Assembly (NCBI GenBank): GCA_030141605.1
Contig: JAQGDQ010001003.1
Location: 1-64,000 of the forward strand
DNA: 64,000 nt
Origin: Tubiluchus corallicola
Taxonomy: Eukaryota > Animalia > Priapulida
Reading direction: 5' to 3'
Within the stretch, counting starts at the first letter, position 1. Each line of letters begins with the position of its first letter. Of the stretch, positions 61,350-64,000 are shown in pieces. The notes beneath the pieces are model-generated. The model made no database searches, was not told the origin of the DNA, and was given only the letters and a program-made list of their open reading frames with translations. Position numbers and translations under genes: made by a program.

Positions 61350-62960
61350 GAAAAGTTGCTAAAGTCATGAAAATTATACATCCTCATTAAGAAAAGTTGC
61401 TAAGCTCATGGAGATTATTTACCCTTGTTGAAATTATGCATCCTCATTAAGAAAAGTTGCTAAACTCATGAAAATTATTAAGCCTATTAAGAAAAGTTGC
61501 TAAAGTCATGAAAATTATTAAGCCTATTAAGAAAAGTTGCTAAAGTCATGAAAATTATTAAGCCTATTAAGAAAAGTTGCTAAAGTCATGAAAATTATTA
61601 AGCCTATTAAGAAAAGTTGCTAAACTCATGGAAATTATTAAGCCTATTAAGAAAAGTTGCTAAAGTCATGAAAATTATTAAGCCTATTAAGAAAAGTTGC
61701 TAAAGTCATGAAAATTATTAAGCCTATTAAGAAAAGTTGCTAAAGTCATGAAAATTATTCACCCTCATCAAAATTATGCATCCTCCTCAAGAAAAGTTGC
61801 TAAACTCATGGAAATTACTCAACATCATTAAGAAAAGTTGCTAAACTCATGGAAATTATTCACCCTCATCAAAATTATGCATCCTCCTCAAGAAAAGTTG
61901 CTAAACTCATGGAAATTACTCAACATCATTAAGAAAAGTTGCTAAACTCATGGAAATTACTCAACATCATTAAGAAAAGTTGCTAAACTCATGGAAATTA
62001 CTCAACATCATTAAGAAAAGCTGGTAAACTCGTGAAAATTATACATCCTCATGAAGAAAAGTTGCTAAACTCATGGAAATTACTCAACATCATTAAGAAA
62101 AGTTGCTAAACTCATGTCAATTACTCAACATCATTAAGAAAAGTTGCTAAACTCATGGAAATTACTCAATATCATTAAGAAAAGCTGGTAAACTCGTGAA
62201 AATTATACATCCTCATGAAGAAAAGTTGCTAAACTCATGGAAATTACTCAACATCATTAAGAAAAGTTGCTAAACTCATGTCAATTACTCAACATCATTA
62301 AGAAAAGTTGTTAAACTCATGGAAATTACTCAATATCATTAAGAAAAGCTGATAAACTCGTGAAAATTATACATCCTCATGAAGAAAAGTTGCTAAACTC
62401 ACGAAAATTATTAAGCCTATTAAGAAAAGTTGCTAAAGTCATGAAAATTATTAAGCCTATTAAGAAAAGTTGCTAAAGTCATGAAAATTATTAAGCCTAT
62501 TAAGAAAAGTTGCTAAAGTCATGAAAATTATTAAGCCTATTAAGAAAAGTTGCTAAACTCATGGAAATTATTAAGCCTATTAAGAAAAGTTGCTAAAGTC
62601 ATGAAAATTATTAAGCCTATTAAGAAAAGTTGCTAAAGTCATAAAAATTATTAAACCTATTAAGAAAAGTTGCTAAAGTCATGAAAATTATTAAGCCTAT
62701 TAAGAAAAGTTGCTAAACTCATGGAAATTACTCACCCTCATTAAGAAAAGTTGCTAAACTCATGGAAATTACTCAACGTCATTAAGAAAAGTTGCTAAAC
62801 TCATGGAAATTATACATCCTCATGAAGAAAAGTTGCTAAACTCATGAAAATTACTCAACGTCATTAAGAAAAGCTGCTAAACTCGTGAAAATTATACATC
62901 CTCATGAAGAAAAGTTGCTAAACTCATGGAAATTATTCACCCTCATTAAGAAAAGCTACT
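61350..62960. repeat. 39-40-bp satellite (aagaaaagttgctaaa.tcatg.aaatta...)
   Basis: Period 40 (61489 to 61529); blocks of variant units. Confidence 0.96.
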
Positions 62961-63641
62961 GGGTTCATGAAAACTCCAATAATAAGAAAGATTGATTATT
63001 CTTGGAAAACTGGTGAACTTAATTAAGAAAAATTACTAAATCGGGAAATATTGCAAATTTTATGACAAAATAAAGAAACAAACATCAAATAAGTACGTAT
63101 ATGCCAGGTTATGTAAACAATGAAAAGAAGTTGTTTACAATGTCTAGGTTAAATAATTATAGTCAAGTTGCTACCAAGTTTTTTGCTTTTCGTGTTTTTG
63201 AAAATTCAGCTAGAAAATTTCTGCGGAATGTTCAGGGGTGGATAATTAGTCTCAATGTTTTTCTGCAAGCAACTCAACTAGTTATTATTGGAGCTAAATC
63301 TGGGTATGAGATGTCTGCCATGCCGTGCTGTGATTGGACGAGACCCCGTCACGTGACCTAGCAGCAATCTGGCCTCTGGCGTGCTTGTTGTTTGTACTGT
63401 TGGGTTTCTTTAGTGTGCAGGGTCAGTGGAGATATGTGTGCAGCTGTTGTGTTCTTTGCTGTGTGCTGTGCTTTGTAATTTTTGCATTTTTTGAGTCAAA
63501 GGAAACAGTGTATTTCAAGGAGTCTCAAGGTAACGTTCACATTTTGTGCATTTGGCACTGGATCTTTGAAAGTGTTGACATTTGATTTTAGTGGTGTGAC
63601 ACCGAGCATCTGCCTCACCGAAATAATTCAACGTTCACATT

Positions 63642-64000
63642 AAAGTGAACACGAATTCTGTTCCACTTTTAAGTGAACGCGAATTCTGTTCCACTTCTAA
63701 GTGAACGCGAATTCTGTTCCACTTCTAAGTGAACGCGAATTCTTTTCCACTTCTAAGTGAACGCGAATTCTGTTCCACTTCTAAGTGAACGCGAATTCTG
63801 TTCCACTTGTAAGTGAACGCGAATTCTGTTCCACTTGTAAGTGAACACGAATTCTGTTCCACTTGTAAGTGAACACGAATTCTGTTCCACTTCTAAGTGA
63901 ACACGAATTCTGTTCCACTTGCAAGTGAACACGAATTCTGTTCCACTTCTAAGTGAACGCAAATTCTGTTCCGCTTCTAAGTGAACGCGAATTCTGTTCC
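63642..64000. repeat. 28-bp quasi-palindromic minisatellite (aagtgaacgcgaattctgttccacttct), runs off the window end
   Basis: Seen directly; GAATTC at the centre of each unit. Confidence 0.96.

Noticed and set aside
60064-64000. CRISPR-like arrays (20-, 40- and palindromic 28-bp repeats)
   Set aside because: Units are contiguous with no unique spacers, there are no cas genes, and the context is eukaryotic.

Overview
AT-rich, repeat-dense eukaryotic DNA from an invertebrate animal; the species cannot be determined from sequence alone. The + strand carries a spliced spectrin-repeat locus. Exons at 8435-21923 reconstruct the middle and C-terminal part of a SESTD1 (Solo) homolog with consistent GT-AG phases; its 5' exons lie upstream of the window. 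These continue into a 3.1-kb exon (22966-26065) encoding about 1030 aa of acidic, probably disordered sequence with a DFPPPPT motif. Next come the first two coding exons of a CCDC141 homolog (32783-32935 and 57137-57259), in the same order and orientation as vertebrate SESTD1-CCDC141(-TTN). The giant exon ends in an open phase-0 donor that fits, in phase and in spectrin-repeat register, onto CCDC141 exon 2. This suggests one composite SESTD1-CCDC141 locus with an internal promoter (inference; needs RNA data). Non-coding highlights: a near-perfect 6.9-kb palindrome (3.2-kb arms, 559-bp spacer), inverted satellite arrays resembling foldback elements, a minisatellite expanded inside one copy of a dispersed element, recurrent 66-143-bp duplications at element ends (two copy splice sites), many MITEs, LINE 3' remnants and over a dozen satellite arrays. 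Most long ORFs in the track are repeat artefacts. Homology calls come from recalled protein sequences, not database searches.
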